This document shows, in pieces, positions 18,642 through 28,818 of a stretch of 64,000 bases of DNA. The notes under the pieces are model-generated. The model did not search any database. It was not told the DNA's origin and worked only from the letters and a program-made list of their open reading frames with translations. The position numbers were made by a program, and so were the translations under genes. This stretch comes from an uncultured bacterium (lineage in GTDB: Bacteria; Oederibacteriota; JAAXVQ01; JAUVAV01): the NCBI GenBank assembly GCA_963710755.1, contig CAVQBK010000004.1, positions 128,001 through 192,000 on the forward strand, in the 5' to 3' direction. The number at the start of each line of letters is the position of its first letter. Within the stretch, counting starts at the first letter, position 1.

Positions 18642-21600
18642 ATGCTGAAGTCCGGATTTTTCCTACCCTTAAGGCACCAAAAATTTAAACACTTGCTGGG
18701 CACCATCGCCCTCATGATGACGCTCAGTTTTATCTTACCTTATGTTACCTGGGCGTTTGAATCGCCGGGCACCGCAGGCTTCCTCAAAGCCGTGACGTAT
18801 GAGGGGAAGCCGATTACCATCCCAGAGAAATACGGTACCATCGAAGCAAGCTTCCAGGGTTCCAATCAAACCATCCTTTGTATCCAAGACCTCCACTGTC
18901 AATATGAAGTCCAGAAAAACATCAGCCACATTATCAGTCACCTTCATCAACAGCATCACCTTAAATTAATTGGTGAAGAAGGCGGCGCAGGCCATCTGGA
19001 CATGTCGGTGCTTAAAAAATTTCCTCTCCAGGACATCAAGGAAGGCGTGGCCGATTATTTTGTCAAACAGGGGCGCCTGACCGGCGCGGAGCAGTTCACC
19101 AGTAACACCAAGGATAAGATCGATCTGGAAGGCGTGGAGAACAAAGCCCTTTATGATCAGAGTTATGCGGACATCCAGAGTTTCCTCAATGCCGAAACCC
19201 AAGGACAGTGTTATGACCTGCGCGATGCCTTGGAAGAATTGAAACCTACCCTCTACAATCCCGCGCTCTATGAATATGATCAAAAGCGCACGGCCTACCG
19301 CAACGGCGAAATGGATTTGCTCAACTATGCCGTGAGTCTTAAAAAGGCAGCCCGGAAATATCACGTGGACACCCAAGCGTATGCCACGCTGGCCCAGTTC
19401 CTCAGGGTTCATCAGAATTATTTTTCTGGTGAGATGGACTCCAGCCGGCTTATGCAGGACATCACCCAGCTGGATCAGGATATCCGCGGCCAGCTCTACA
19501 ACAACCCCAATCAGCAGAAACTGGATCAGCTGATGGGGCAACTGGATATAATGGAAAAACTGCTCAATATCTCAGTAACCCAGGAAGAGTTGAATGAGTT
19601 CCGCACCCACCGGCAAAATTACACCATTAAAGCTTTCACGGACTTCATCAAAGCCCAGGACCGTTCGGCCGTGGAATATTTTGATACGGACCTTTATTCC
19701 CTTGATGACAAATTGAAAAAAGTCGAATCCTTTTATGATTTGGCCGACCGGCGCAGCCAAGCTTTTGTGGACAACCTGCTGGCCAAGATGAAAGAAAAAA
19801 AAGAGTCCATTGCCCTCATGGTCAATGGCGGCTTTCATATTGAGAAGATCTTGCAGGAATTAAAGAAACGCGACGTCTCCTATGTATCCATCAAGCCCAA
19901 AGTCACCAGGCAGGACATCGTCAACCCCTACTTTGATCTCTTGCAGGGCCAGAAAAGCCCGCTCGAGCGCCTGTTGGCGCAAAACCAGACCATCTTTGCG
20001 CCGCCCGTATTGCCGGCGGAACAGGCCCCGATGAACAGAATGGTAGAAAGTTTGACCGATCCGGCGGGCCTGGCCATGCTGGAAAATTTGACCAATAAAG
20101 ACCACCAAGCAACCACGGCTTATTTTGACACCTACACGGATATGGTCTGGAAAAAAGTGACCAGGGTCACCAATAAGCAAACCAACGCCAATATGGCCAT
20201 CCCCGGGGGGGTGACCGTGGTGCAGGAAACCAAGAGCGGCATGATGGCCCTGGTGGTGGATAGGGAGCATGCCCTGAAAGCAACCAGTATCTCTCCGGCC
20301 AGTGTGGACGCGTCTCTGAACAATGGCATGCAGGTGGTGGTACTGGCCAACAACCGCGATCTGGTGCAGGCCCTCAATGCCGTGAAGCCCAGCGTCACCG
20401 TGCTTGCCTATGTCCAGGACCTGCTAAGCCGCATTAATCTGCAGACCATAGCCCGCAGCCTGTGGCAGCCGGTCGCCCAGCGAGCCAGCCGTGTCTTCCA
20501 AAACCTGCAAACACAATTCACCGGCTCCTGGCAGGATTTGGCCGAAAGCATTTCATCCTGGTATCACCAGCCCAAACCGGCTTTACAAGCGATGCAAGCT
20601 TCGCCCTGGGGAAAAGCAGCCCTGGTGATCCTGGTGGCTATTGTGGACGCGGCTTTGGGCCGGAGCCTCGGTGAAACCATCATCACGGCCGGGATGGTAG
20701 GGATGGTTGAAACCATGCCTACCCGGCGCCGAGCGGATATACTCCCTTACTCACGATTAAGCAGGCAAGAACAGGACAAGTTTGAAGCGATTATCCAAGC
20801 CAATGATTGGTCCATATATCAGCAGGAATTAGTAGAACGGCTGCAAAAGATTAGGACAACGAAATTCCAGGACGAGGACGTCGCGACAGACGACTTGATT
20901 CAATTTATGAGCGATATGGGTGCTGCTATCAGAAAGGTTTTTCCTCATGACCGTATAGAACCTTATAATGCTTTTTTACACGCTGTGCGCAGACTTCGTC
21001 TTATACCCGAGACCGGTCCGGAAATGCATAAAATGCTGCTAAAAATATGTCAACGTCAATTTGACCGCTTTGCGGATAAAACCCTGCCCCTCAAGACCTT
21101 ATTGATACATAGAATAGTGCCGCCCCAATGGTATAAAAGTTCGAAATCATTGCAAGGACGGCCCATTGATTTGCCCACCGCTGAAGGTTGGCCCACCGGC
21201 GGCGGACTGGCGCATGTCATTAAAACCATTGCCGATGGGTTTGAGAATGACATGCAAACAAAGGTAAATTTTGACGCCCCGATCAGAGATCCACACGATC
21301 CCTTTAATTCCCCCTTGACGATATGGACAGTTTATTACCCCAACCAGGTGAAGACGGACGGCAATCTGGAAGCCAACAAAATGAACAAGCTGGGCATGCA
21401 GGGTATTGTGCAAGAAGAGGGCCACTATAAGTGGGTTGATGAACCGCAAAAAATAGATGAATTTTTTATCACCATGCCCAATGAGCAAAACCCTTTTAAG
21501 GTCGAAATATTCGAAGGGTATATTGATGAAAAAGGTACCCGCGTCCGGTTCATTAAACAACCGAAATTTTTACCAGTGCTCTATTCTTACGAAAGCAAAC

Positions 21601-22532
21601 ATAATCCTCGTAACGAAATCGAAAGCAACTTTTTCCTTTACAAAGCCATGAAAGAGGCCATGAAAAGGGATGATATAAGGCGCAAGGTCCAGTTGGGCGA
21701 CAACTTTAAAACCCGGGTAGTCCTGGCCAATGATGGCCAAACCGCACTGATGGGCGGCTATCCTGGTTTTCCGGTGGCTTTCGCCGGGGAAACCAGCCAC
21801 ACCATTCCCAACCGTCAAAATACCAACACCGATATCGAACTATTCAAGATGTATTGCCAGGATGCCGGCATTCCTGAGCCTATTGCCGCCCAGGCGATTT
21901 ACAATAACTACAGTACGGATTTTAGCGGTTTTGGCCTGTCTTCCACCATGCCCGATACGCCCAGTGGCGCTGAATATGTCAGCCAGAATCAGAATAACTT
22001 CCTGCAGCATGAACCGGCAAGGGGCTACATCCGTGATACGGAAAGTATTGTTACTTCCATTGGCAACGGCGATGATGTGGAGACCACCTTTGAACCCGTG
22101 CAAGAGGCTTATCGCACCTTGCAACAACTCAGAGACTGGATAAATGGCCACCTTCTTGACTCGGACAAGCCTGAAACCCTGCTTGAAAAATTGGAAAATA
22201 GAGGCAAAGTCCAAATGCGTTTTATCGAACACCAGGCTGTCAAGCAAATCGGCTTTGAATGGCAGCGCTGGATCAAGAACTTGCGTGACCTGCCTTCAGC
22301 GCAACGGTATAATGCGCTTGATAAGCTGGTACTTGGGTTCAAAGCAGGTCAACAACGGCTCACCATGAGTGAGGAATTTGATACGCTGCTGTCCATGGCC
22401 AATGGCAATGATGAGATCAAGGTATTGGCGCCACGCATTAAAACCCTGGCCGAAGAATTCTACTATAATCAAAGCATCGCTTTAAGGCTAACCTCTTCAA
22501 AATCGAAGTCAACAAGGTCAAAGGGGTTTTAA
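18642..22532 (+). CDS. 5' part of a giant multidomain protein (signal/TM, TIKI/TraB/ChaN-like domain, GT-B glycogen-synthase-like N-lobe)
   Basis: AGGAG RBS precedes ATG 18642; hydrophobic leader; IQDLH...IGEEG...R...NGGFH; PTGGGLAHV, LANDGQTAL, HTIPN, IGNGDD. Sensible sequence continues in another frame from ~22476. Confidence 0.7.
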   Translation: MLKSGFFLPLRHQKFKHLLGTIALMMTLSFILPYVTWAFESPGTAGFLKAVTYEGKPITIPEKYGTIEASFQGSNQTILCIQDLHCQYEVQKNISHIISHLHQQHHLKLIGEEGGAGHLDMSVLKKFPLQDIKEGVADYFVKQGRLTGAEQFTSNTKDKIDLEGVENKALYDQSYADIQSFLNAETQGQCYDLRDALEELKPTLYNPALYEYDQKRTAYRNGEMDLLNYAVSLKKAARKYHVDTQAYATLAQFLRVHQNYFSGEMDSSRLMQDITQLDQDIRGQLYNNPNQQKLDQLMGQLDIMEKLLNISVTQEELNEFRTHRQNYTIKAFTDFIKAQDRSAVEYFDTDLYSLDDKLKKVESFYDLADRRSQAFVDNLLAKMKEKKESIALMVNGGFHIEKILQELKKRDVSYVSIKPKVTRQDIVNPYFDLLQGQKSPLERLLAQNQTIFAPPVLPAEQAPMNRMVESLTDPAGLAMLENLTNKDHQATTAYFDTYTDMVWKKVTRVTNKQTNANMAIPGGVTVVQETKSGMMALVVDREHALKATSISPASVDASLNNGMQVVVLANNRDLVQALNAVKPSVTVLAYVQDLLSRINLQTIARSLWQPVAQRASRVFQNLQTQFTGSWQDLAESISSWYHQPKPALQAMQASPWGKAALVILVAIVDAALGRSLGETIITAGMVGMVETMPTRRRADILPYSRLSRQEQDKFEAIIQANDWSIYQQELVERLQKIRTTKFQDEDVATDDLIQFMSDMGAAIRKVFPHDRIEPYNAFLHAVRRLRLIPETGPEMHKMLLKICQRQFDRFADKTLPLKTLLIHRIVPPQWYKSSKSLQGRPIDLPTAEGWPTGGGLAHVIKTIADGFENDMQTKVNFDAPIRDPHDPFNSPLTIWTVYYPNQVKTDGNLEANKMNKLGMQGIVQEEGHYKWVDEPQKIDEFFITMPNEQNPFKVEIFEGYIDEKGTRVRFIKQPKFLPVLYSYESKHNPRNEIESNFFLYKAMKEAMKRDDIRRKVQLGDNFKTRVVLANDGQTALMGGYPGFPVAFAGETSHTIPNRQNTNTDIELFKMYCQDAGIPEPIAAQAIYNNYSTDFSGFGLSSTMPDTPSGAEYVSQNQNNFLQHEPARGYIRDTESIVTSIGNGDDVETTFEPVQEAYRTLQQLRDWINGHLLDSDKPETLLEKLENRGKVQMRFIEHQAVKQIGFEWQRWIKNLRDLPSAQRYNALDKLVLGFKAGQQRLTMSEEFDTLLSMANGNDEIKVLAPRIKTLAEEFYYNQSIALRLTSSKSKSTRSKGF

Positions 22533-25500
22533 ACAACTATATTAAAAAAGATGAACTAAATCTTTTTGAACTGCAAACTGTGACCCGGCAGGAATCGTGC
22601 TGCTCAATGATTTTGGCCGCTTTAATTTTGAGAAGAATTGGACAACGAAGGGATTAAGCGCATTGGTTTCGCCCTGAAGCTCAATTAAAGTCGGCCGGCC
22701 AAGATGTTCCCAGGGAGGGATGGGCAACAGAAAACCCATCCGGCGCCATAAGAGGGCTGATTGAAGATAAAGATCTGCGTCATCAACTGGCCAGCGGATA
22801 AAGTTTATAGAAGAGCATGAGAGTAACAAGGCCAATTGATCCCCGCGATCCGGATAACTTGATCTGGTATGCCCACCAGGCTGCAGAGGCTTTTTGTAAC
22901 AGTTTGTCGCCGGAGCAGGGGAAAAAACTGTTAAAGCCATTGGGTTATTATATCGATCCTTTGAAGCCTTACGGTGTTTTTCCCGGCCGTTTGGTGGATG
23001 AGAAATTCGGCCCCGGCGTCATTGCGCGTTGCTCCGTTGGCCAAGGATGGTGATCAATTTGTTGCCCTCGCCCGGGTACAAACTTCCCATGCTCACTTGG
23101 GAGAAAAGATAAGGCGGTACTGAAGGCCAAAAATATGGCAGGTTCCGTAGCGTTTGTTTCAGCCGACACGCCAGCGATTTAAATAATAGGCCTTTTATGG
23201 TGTGTCCCATGGTGTTACACCTTCCTCTTGGGCCACAGGGACCAGTGAAATCATGGAAGCCAAAGGTTTTGGCCCTGAACGTAACGACGGAAAACAGGAA
23301 AAATGGGAAGATCAACATGGCCTATGGTTTCCTGGGCGACAATAAAGAACAGGTGCCGGTCTATCCGCTACCCGGCGAAGGCGCACTGGCCGAAGTTATG
23401 CAAAACCCGCCATGGTCAAAGACGGAAGGAAATTGAGGGGGCCAGCATGATTATGATGTCGTGCTCACGCCCGGAAATGCTGAAAATAATGCCGACCAAT
23501 TCATGGACGGCGTCATGACTGTGATGGAGGCATATAATCAAGATTTGAGCCGCGATTTTGATACGGCCACCATAGACGATCTTAATCTGGTCAGGCCGAT
23601 TATTAATCACATTGCCGGAGAACCTGTGAGTAGTGCCTGGGTACCGCGGCCGAAACCTTGATGTATACAATGAAAAAATCACTGCCTATGACAGGCAAAA
23701 CAAAAATTGCCGAAATGGTGGATGACTTTGCCGGAAAGTAAAGGAGAAATTTATAAACTGAACAAGACAAAATCGCGGGGTTTAAGCAGAATAAAAAACA
23801 ATGGAGCCCTGATTTGCAGTGGCATAGGGGACTATTATTTTAATACATAAAGTATCTGCTACTTATGACTGATCATAGTGGCCCCGACGCCATATTCCAA
23901 TGGCTTTGACGACTTTTTCGGATTGATCAAAGCTATTGCCTATGGCGGTGATTATAATGGTCTGCACTTACCGGGTCAGATCAACGCACTTTTTGAACAC
24001 ATAGAGCACGGTGGCGTGCGCCAGCGGCTGACTCAGATTATAGGCAAAGACTTATACGGTGAGATGGCCGAGTGGCTGAAACAATTGGAAGCAGACAATA
24101 AAATGTTCGGCCAGCGGGAAAAATTTGATCTCTTCATGAACCTGATGAAGCAAGTGGAAGCAAGGATGAATGGGATTTACCAACAAGCAGTACAAAAAGA
24201 ACATCCTTATCAGCCAAGTCCGGTAGTTGAAAACGTGCCTGCAACACGATGGGGAAAATCAAGAGCCAACCCCAATCACCGGACAGTAGCAGAACAAGTG
24301 CTTCATGGTACGCACTATACCCGACGCCTTATCGTCTGAATGGCTATCATTACTACTCAGCAACGGCATCATCGGCCTCAATGTGATGTTAAAAAAAGGT
24401 TTATTTTGATATCGTCACAGGCCAAAACAGCAAATATTGAAGGGGTAATTGCGGAACATATAGAGCGAAGGATATCTTACGGAACTGCTTGAAAGCTGAG
24501 TGTCAACCAGAGATTATCAGGCTCTTGATCCAGCAATTGGATCCAAGCTTTATACAAAACCTCGCTAAAGGCTCGACCATCGACCGCATGGGTGCCCTGA
24601 TCAGTACACTGGATCTGCTCATCCCACAGCGATGAATAATATCGAAGAAATCCCTTTTAAAGCCAGGTACAGGAAAGCACAGAACCCAATGATTTTGAAA
24701 AACAGGTGAACACAATTGGGGGCTGGGGCAAGGCTGGTGCAATTATTGCCGATCTTGGGGTCAGCCAAGCTTGGGTCAGCTGATGAAGTTTGCAGGATGG
24801 ATCAAACCTTTTTGCGTGGAAGGATTAGGGACGACCAGGTCTAGATCCTGTGGTGGCGTTGGACTAGAACCTTGTCCGGCCTGGTTCAAAGTCCTCTTGA
24901 CAGGGCCACTAAAACACCGCGGCGAGAGGCTTTGAATATGGGCACGCATGATCTTTAATGCCAAGGCCGAGGGGGAATGAAGGGTTTTCTTACGGATCAC
25001 AGGCCGACCCTTTCAGCGAGGTGGTTATTTACTCAGTTATGTCCTAGAGCCTAGTCCAAACGGCTAAATTAAGCGCAAACACCGGCAGCCAGCAGCAATT
25101 ATGATTCTTTGCTCAAACTACCTTTAACCGGGCTCAGTGATGACATGGTACATGCCCGTGAGGCGACTAATGAATCCGAGATGCTAAATATCAGCGGGCA
25201 GGCTTATGGGCTCTGTGAAAGGCTTTGGATAAAGCAATCAATGCAGCCTAAAAATAAGTCCGTCAAGGGACTATGTCAGGGTGCTTATTAAATTAAACTT
25301 CACGAAGCTGAGGCTCGCTATTTCTTCTTTCTAAGACTGCCCATTTTGGCCTATTACTAGGTGTTGCTTTTTGCGATAGCACTTACGGTATGCATGCCGC
25401 CTAAAGCTCAACCAATCCGACTTATGCAGCTAGAACCGATTAATAGTCCACTAGCAAGGTGGAACCCAGACTTTTAAAGGCCGTCAGGGGATGGGGAAAG

Positions 25501-25552
25501 GGTAGGTGATGGTCAAGAGGGGTTTGTTTACATTGTACCGTGGCTCAAGTGT
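22476..25552 (+). pseudogene. Heavily frameshifted middle of the giant gene
   Basis: Successive short + strand pieces (22817-23053, 23197-23436, 23461-23661, 23878-24339) continue the protein, including VFPGRLVDEKFG. No terminator or new RBS was noticed between them. Confidence 0.55.
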
Positions 25553-27433
25553 TTGGCCTGGCGCCGGCCTGTTGAGTTGCTGGCGGTGTTGGCGATTTAT
25601 AAGATCGTAAGAACATTCAACCGGCAAAGAGGAGAAGTGAGGACCATTGATCTGGGCAACCTTCTAACCAATACTCCGGGCGAAGCGGCCTTTAAGGACA
25701 ATCCTATCGCGGAAGCACTCTATAAAAACCGGCAGGGCATTTTTGGTGAAACGGTTGAGGCCATCCTGAAAAACCAAGTCAAGATCCGGTTGGGGTCAGC
25801 TTTCCGGGTTTCAGGTCATGAATTAAACGGGGTGCAACCTTTAGGCAAAACGCTGGTGGAAGGGGACACGTCCTTTGTTCTTCAGATCCCCTATGGTTTC
25901 CGTCGGTTGCTGGAAAAGAAACCAACCAGCCTGACGGGGCGCCTGTTGTATACCTATCAGAGCTTTTTGGCTCAATTGGTCATTGCCCGCCAATTACGTG
26001 TTTATGCCAATGAAACCAAGCAAATGCTTAAAGACCGCGCTGCCGATGACCAGGAACTGTCGCAACGGTTTGGCAGCGACCGGCTAATGCGCTTGCCTTG
26101 GATCGTGCTGCGCAGCTTGGGTACCTTATTGGGCACCAGCTTCCTGGGGGCCAAGCAGGAGCAACCCATTGCGGTGACTGCCCCGGCCATGAGCAAACTC
26201 ATCGAGTATTACCGGCTGCAATTGGATGCCCAGGCTACCAGCGCCAGAAGCGTCGTGGAAGCCCAGTATCAGCAACTACTTAATCTGGGCCACACGCCGT
26301 CCTTGCAGACCCTGGTGGAAGCCGTGGAATCGATGAAGTTGGCCCAAGTGGTTGATGAAAGTGTCCGCGCTGAATTAGGAGCCATGCAGCAAGCCTTGGT
26401 CCAGGCCAAAGCCAGCAAGGACGAAACCCAGCTTAAAGTGATGATGAGTCAGGTGGCGGAAATGCTCCTGGCCAGCAAAGCCATGGCCGATGGTCAAATG
26501 ACAGGCGCTGCGGTCGAGGCCAATGCGGACAATCGCTTCTTGTTGTTGATGGATGAAAAAGGGCGCCAAGGGTTGGCCAGCGCTGTTCAAGGCCTGTTGA
26601 CTCAGGCCAGAGGTGCTGATCGCGAAGAGCTGACGTTGCTCCAGTCCATTTTAACTAATGGCAGTGTCAGTGAAGCGCAAGCCGCTGCTTTTGGGGCGCT
26701 GATGGCCAAGGTCACCTTGCCGGAAAATGCCATGGTGTCCGACAATTTGGGCGAAGCCTTAACCGGTGTGGCGGCAGCGGTCATGACCGCCAAAGGTGAA
26801 ACCCTGACCATGACCGTGGGCACCCAAAAGATAACCACCTTTATGCCTGCTCTGGCCAATGTGTTGGCTGATAGTGCTATGGCCTTGCAGTCCATGCAAA
26901 AAGGCCAGGATGAAAAGCAGCAGGTTATGGTCATGCCTTACACCGGCCAGGCGCGGGCTATCATTGCGGAAGAAGGCAATTTACGCGGTGACTTGTCAGT
27001 GCTTAGGCAATCGCCTTTCCTGGCGCAGGCTATGCAAGATACCAAAGGACCGCTGGCCCAGGCCTACTACGCCTGGCATCATCAGAAGAAGAACGAGCTG
27101 GGCCAGCGCCGGCTGGCGAGGGTGATCATGATGGTCTTAAAAGCCGAAGCCCGCGCCATGGGCGAGGATCAACAGAAAATTCAAGCCTTCCGGGCAAGCT
27201 ATGATATGGTGAATGAATTGTTCCAAAAAGGCAGGCTGTTCGGCCAACCTGCTGAATTGGGCAAAAGTGATGGAAAGGCCTTATCGGTGCCCAGGGTATT
27301 GAAACAAGGCGGGGTGCTGGCCATGATCCACCTGGCCACCCAATATGACCGTAACTTTGAGCTCAATCCGGATTTAGAGGCAGAACTGCAACGAATTCAA
27401 CTGCGCAACTTCCGCATGAGCAGCGCTGCTTAA
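25553..27433 (+). CDS. 3' part of the giant protein (Ala/Gln/Leu-rich helical region ending ...RMSSAA)
   Basis: 626-codon open frame with no convincing start or RBS, codon usage like the gene's 5' part, followed by a terminator. Confidence 0.65.
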   Translation: MAWRRPVELLAVLAIYKIVRTFNRQRGEVRTIDLGNLLTNTPGEAAFKDNPIAEALYKNRQGIFGETVEAILKNQVKIRLGSAFRVSGHELNGVQPLGKTLVEGDTSFVLQIPYGFRRLLEKKPTSLTGRLLYTYQSFLAQLVIARQLRVYANETKQMLKDRAADDQELSQRFGSDRLMRLPWIVLRSLGTLLGTSFLGAKQEQPIAVTAPAMSKLIEYYRLQLDAQATSARSVVEAQYQQLLNLGHTPSLQTLVEAVESMKLAQVVDESVRAELGAMQQALVQAKASKDETQLKVMMSQVAEMLLASKAMADGQMTGAAVEANADNRFLLLMDEKGRQGLASAVQGLLTQARGADREELTLLQSILTNGSVSEAQAAAFGALMAKVTLPENAMVSDNLGEALTGVAAAVMTAKGETLTMTVGTQKITTFMPALANVLADSAMALQSMQKGQDEKQQVMVMPYTGQARAIIAEEGNLRGDLSVLRQSPFLAQAMQDTKGPLAQAYYAWHHQKKNELGQRRLARVIMMVLKAEARAMGEDQQKIQAFRASYDMVNELFQKGRLFGQPAELGKSDGKALSVPRVLKQGGVLAMIHLATQYDRNFELNPDLEAELQRIQLRNFRMSSAA

Positions 27434-27448
27434 GCCTGAGTATCAAGC

Positions 27449-27484
27449 AAAGGGCATGGCCAGTATTGGCCATGCCCTTTTTTT
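27449..27484 (+). terminator. Intrinsic terminator
   Basis: AAAGGGCATGGCCA-GTAT-TGGCCATGCCC-T7. Confidence 0.9.
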
Positions 27485-27523
27485 ATGGGCGTCGGGCAAG
27501 GCGCATCTGCTTGAAGATGATCG

Positions 27524-27553
27524 TGCAGGAAACAGGTATGCCTGTTCCCTGCA
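27524..27553. repeat. REP-like palindrome
   Basis: TGCAGGAAACAGG-TATG-CCTGTTCCCTGCA. Confidence 0.55.
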
Positions 27554-27712
27554 ACCATCCACAGGGGGAACTGCCGGCCAAATGGTAAGGATTTATATCC
27601 TGATGCAAAGTAGTATTGATTTGGCTATTAATGTCTTGGGGTCCTGCCGATACTAAGACCATGCAATGAAGAGAAGTCCGGCCGTTCATCTTCATAACAG
27701 CGAGGTGGCCTC

Positions 27713-28123
27713 ATGGACAGCTTAATTCAAAGAGGAGAAGCCTTTGCCGAAAAGCGTTGGCAAAAAGGTCTATCCCTCAAATTGGATGTGCAGTACACGG
27801 CCAGGGAGCATCAAGGCGCTTGTTCCTTGTTCAATCACATGATTGCCCGCCATTTGGGTATCAGTGGCATGGTGGTGATGGTGCCTGAGAAAATGGCCAC
27901 CGGTCAAATTCTGGAGCTGCAGATGACGCTGCCCCAGGAGCCGGAAGGCGAGGCATGCTGCATCAACATGCTCTCCCGCGTTTTGTGGAGTCAGATTTAT
28001 GATGACCAGCGCTTTGTGGTGGGCTTGCAGTTTTTGGATTTAACCCATCAGGACAGTTCCAAATTTCAGGCCTTTTTGCATGAGTATAAATTGCAGGATG
28101 GCACGGTAGAAGCGGAGAACTGA
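27713..28123 (+). CDS. PilZ-domain protein (degenerate c-di-GMP motifs)
   Basis: EKR, LGISGM, GQILELQMTLP, SRVLW, VGLQFLDL. The RxxxR and D/NxSxxG motifs are imperfect. Confidence 0.7.
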   Translation: MDSLIQRGEAFAEKRWQKGLSLKLDVQYTAREHQGACSLFNHMIARHLGISGMVVMVPEKMATGQILELQMTLPQEPEGEACCINMLSRVLWSQIYDDQRFVVGLQFLDLTHQDSSKFQAFLHEYKLQDGTVEAEN

Positions 28124-28128
28124 AAGAG

Positions 28129-28431
28129 CTACTCCTGGTCGAGGATATTCTTTTCCGGGGTAATGGGTCCTTGCTGTTTCACCTGATCCAGGGATTTTTC
28201 AAACAATTCATTCAAGTCTTTGGACTTGGTCTTTTCCGCTTCCATGGATTTCTTAAATAAATTCTCCGCTTCCTTGGTGCCTTGTTTGACTTTGGTAAGT
28301 GAATCCTGAAAACGGTCGCCGCTGCTGTTTTTAAGCAATGGTTTTCTGGTCTCCAAAACCTTGCCGGTTACACGGTCAATAATAAGAATGGTGTCACATT
28401 CAGGACATTTGACTTCCAAAAATGAGTTCAT
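28129..28431 (-). CDS. Small hypothetical protein with N-terminal CxxC zinc-ribbon-like motif and helical tail
   Basis: MNSFLEVKCPECDTILIID..TG.V; GAGGA RBS precedes ATG 28431. Confidence 0.7.
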   Translation of the reverse strand: MNSFLEVKCPECDTILIIDRVTGKVLETRKPLLKNSSGDRFQDSLTKVKQGTKEAENLFKKSMEAEKTKSKDLNELFEKSLDQVKQQGPITPEKNILDQE

Positions 28432-28550
28432 CTCCACGATCCTCACGATTTCAAGAATGGCGTTATCATAACAAAAGCGATGAGGTGCGGTCAAGGTGGG
28501 AGTGGCAGGTCTGTTGCGATAAAAAAAATAGAAAAAAAATAAAAAGTCAC

Positions 28551-28644
28551 TTGACTTAAAAGCGAACAAATGGTAAATATTGAGATGTGGTTAGAACAAT
28601 TAGCGAAAAATAAGAAAAGAGATTTTTTTTAAAACAATAGTTCG
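28551..28644 (+). promoter_or_regulatory. Putative sigma70 promoter overlapped by LexA-box-like sites
   Basis: TTGACT-17-TAAATA. CGAACAAATGGTA lies in the spacer, AAAAC-AATA-GTTCG at 28631-28644, with further GAAC/GTTC half-sites. Confidence 0.55.
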
Positions 28645-28818
28645 GTATTTGTTCGCCACTAAATAGATGAAAGCCCAGTGCCCTAAGCCTTGAGTTGTCT
28701 TTTAAGACCAGGCGGGCTTAGGGAATGACCACCTCAATCCCCATGGGATGAGGGAGAATAAATGGCCTGAGGCTTGGAGGTAGCGGTGGGAAATAGTCGA
28801 AAGGAGGAAAGAAAAAAA

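Noticed and set aside
12352-27433. Integrative element or prophage at tRNA-Glu
   Set aside because: No integrase, phage genes or duplicated tRNA 3' end found.
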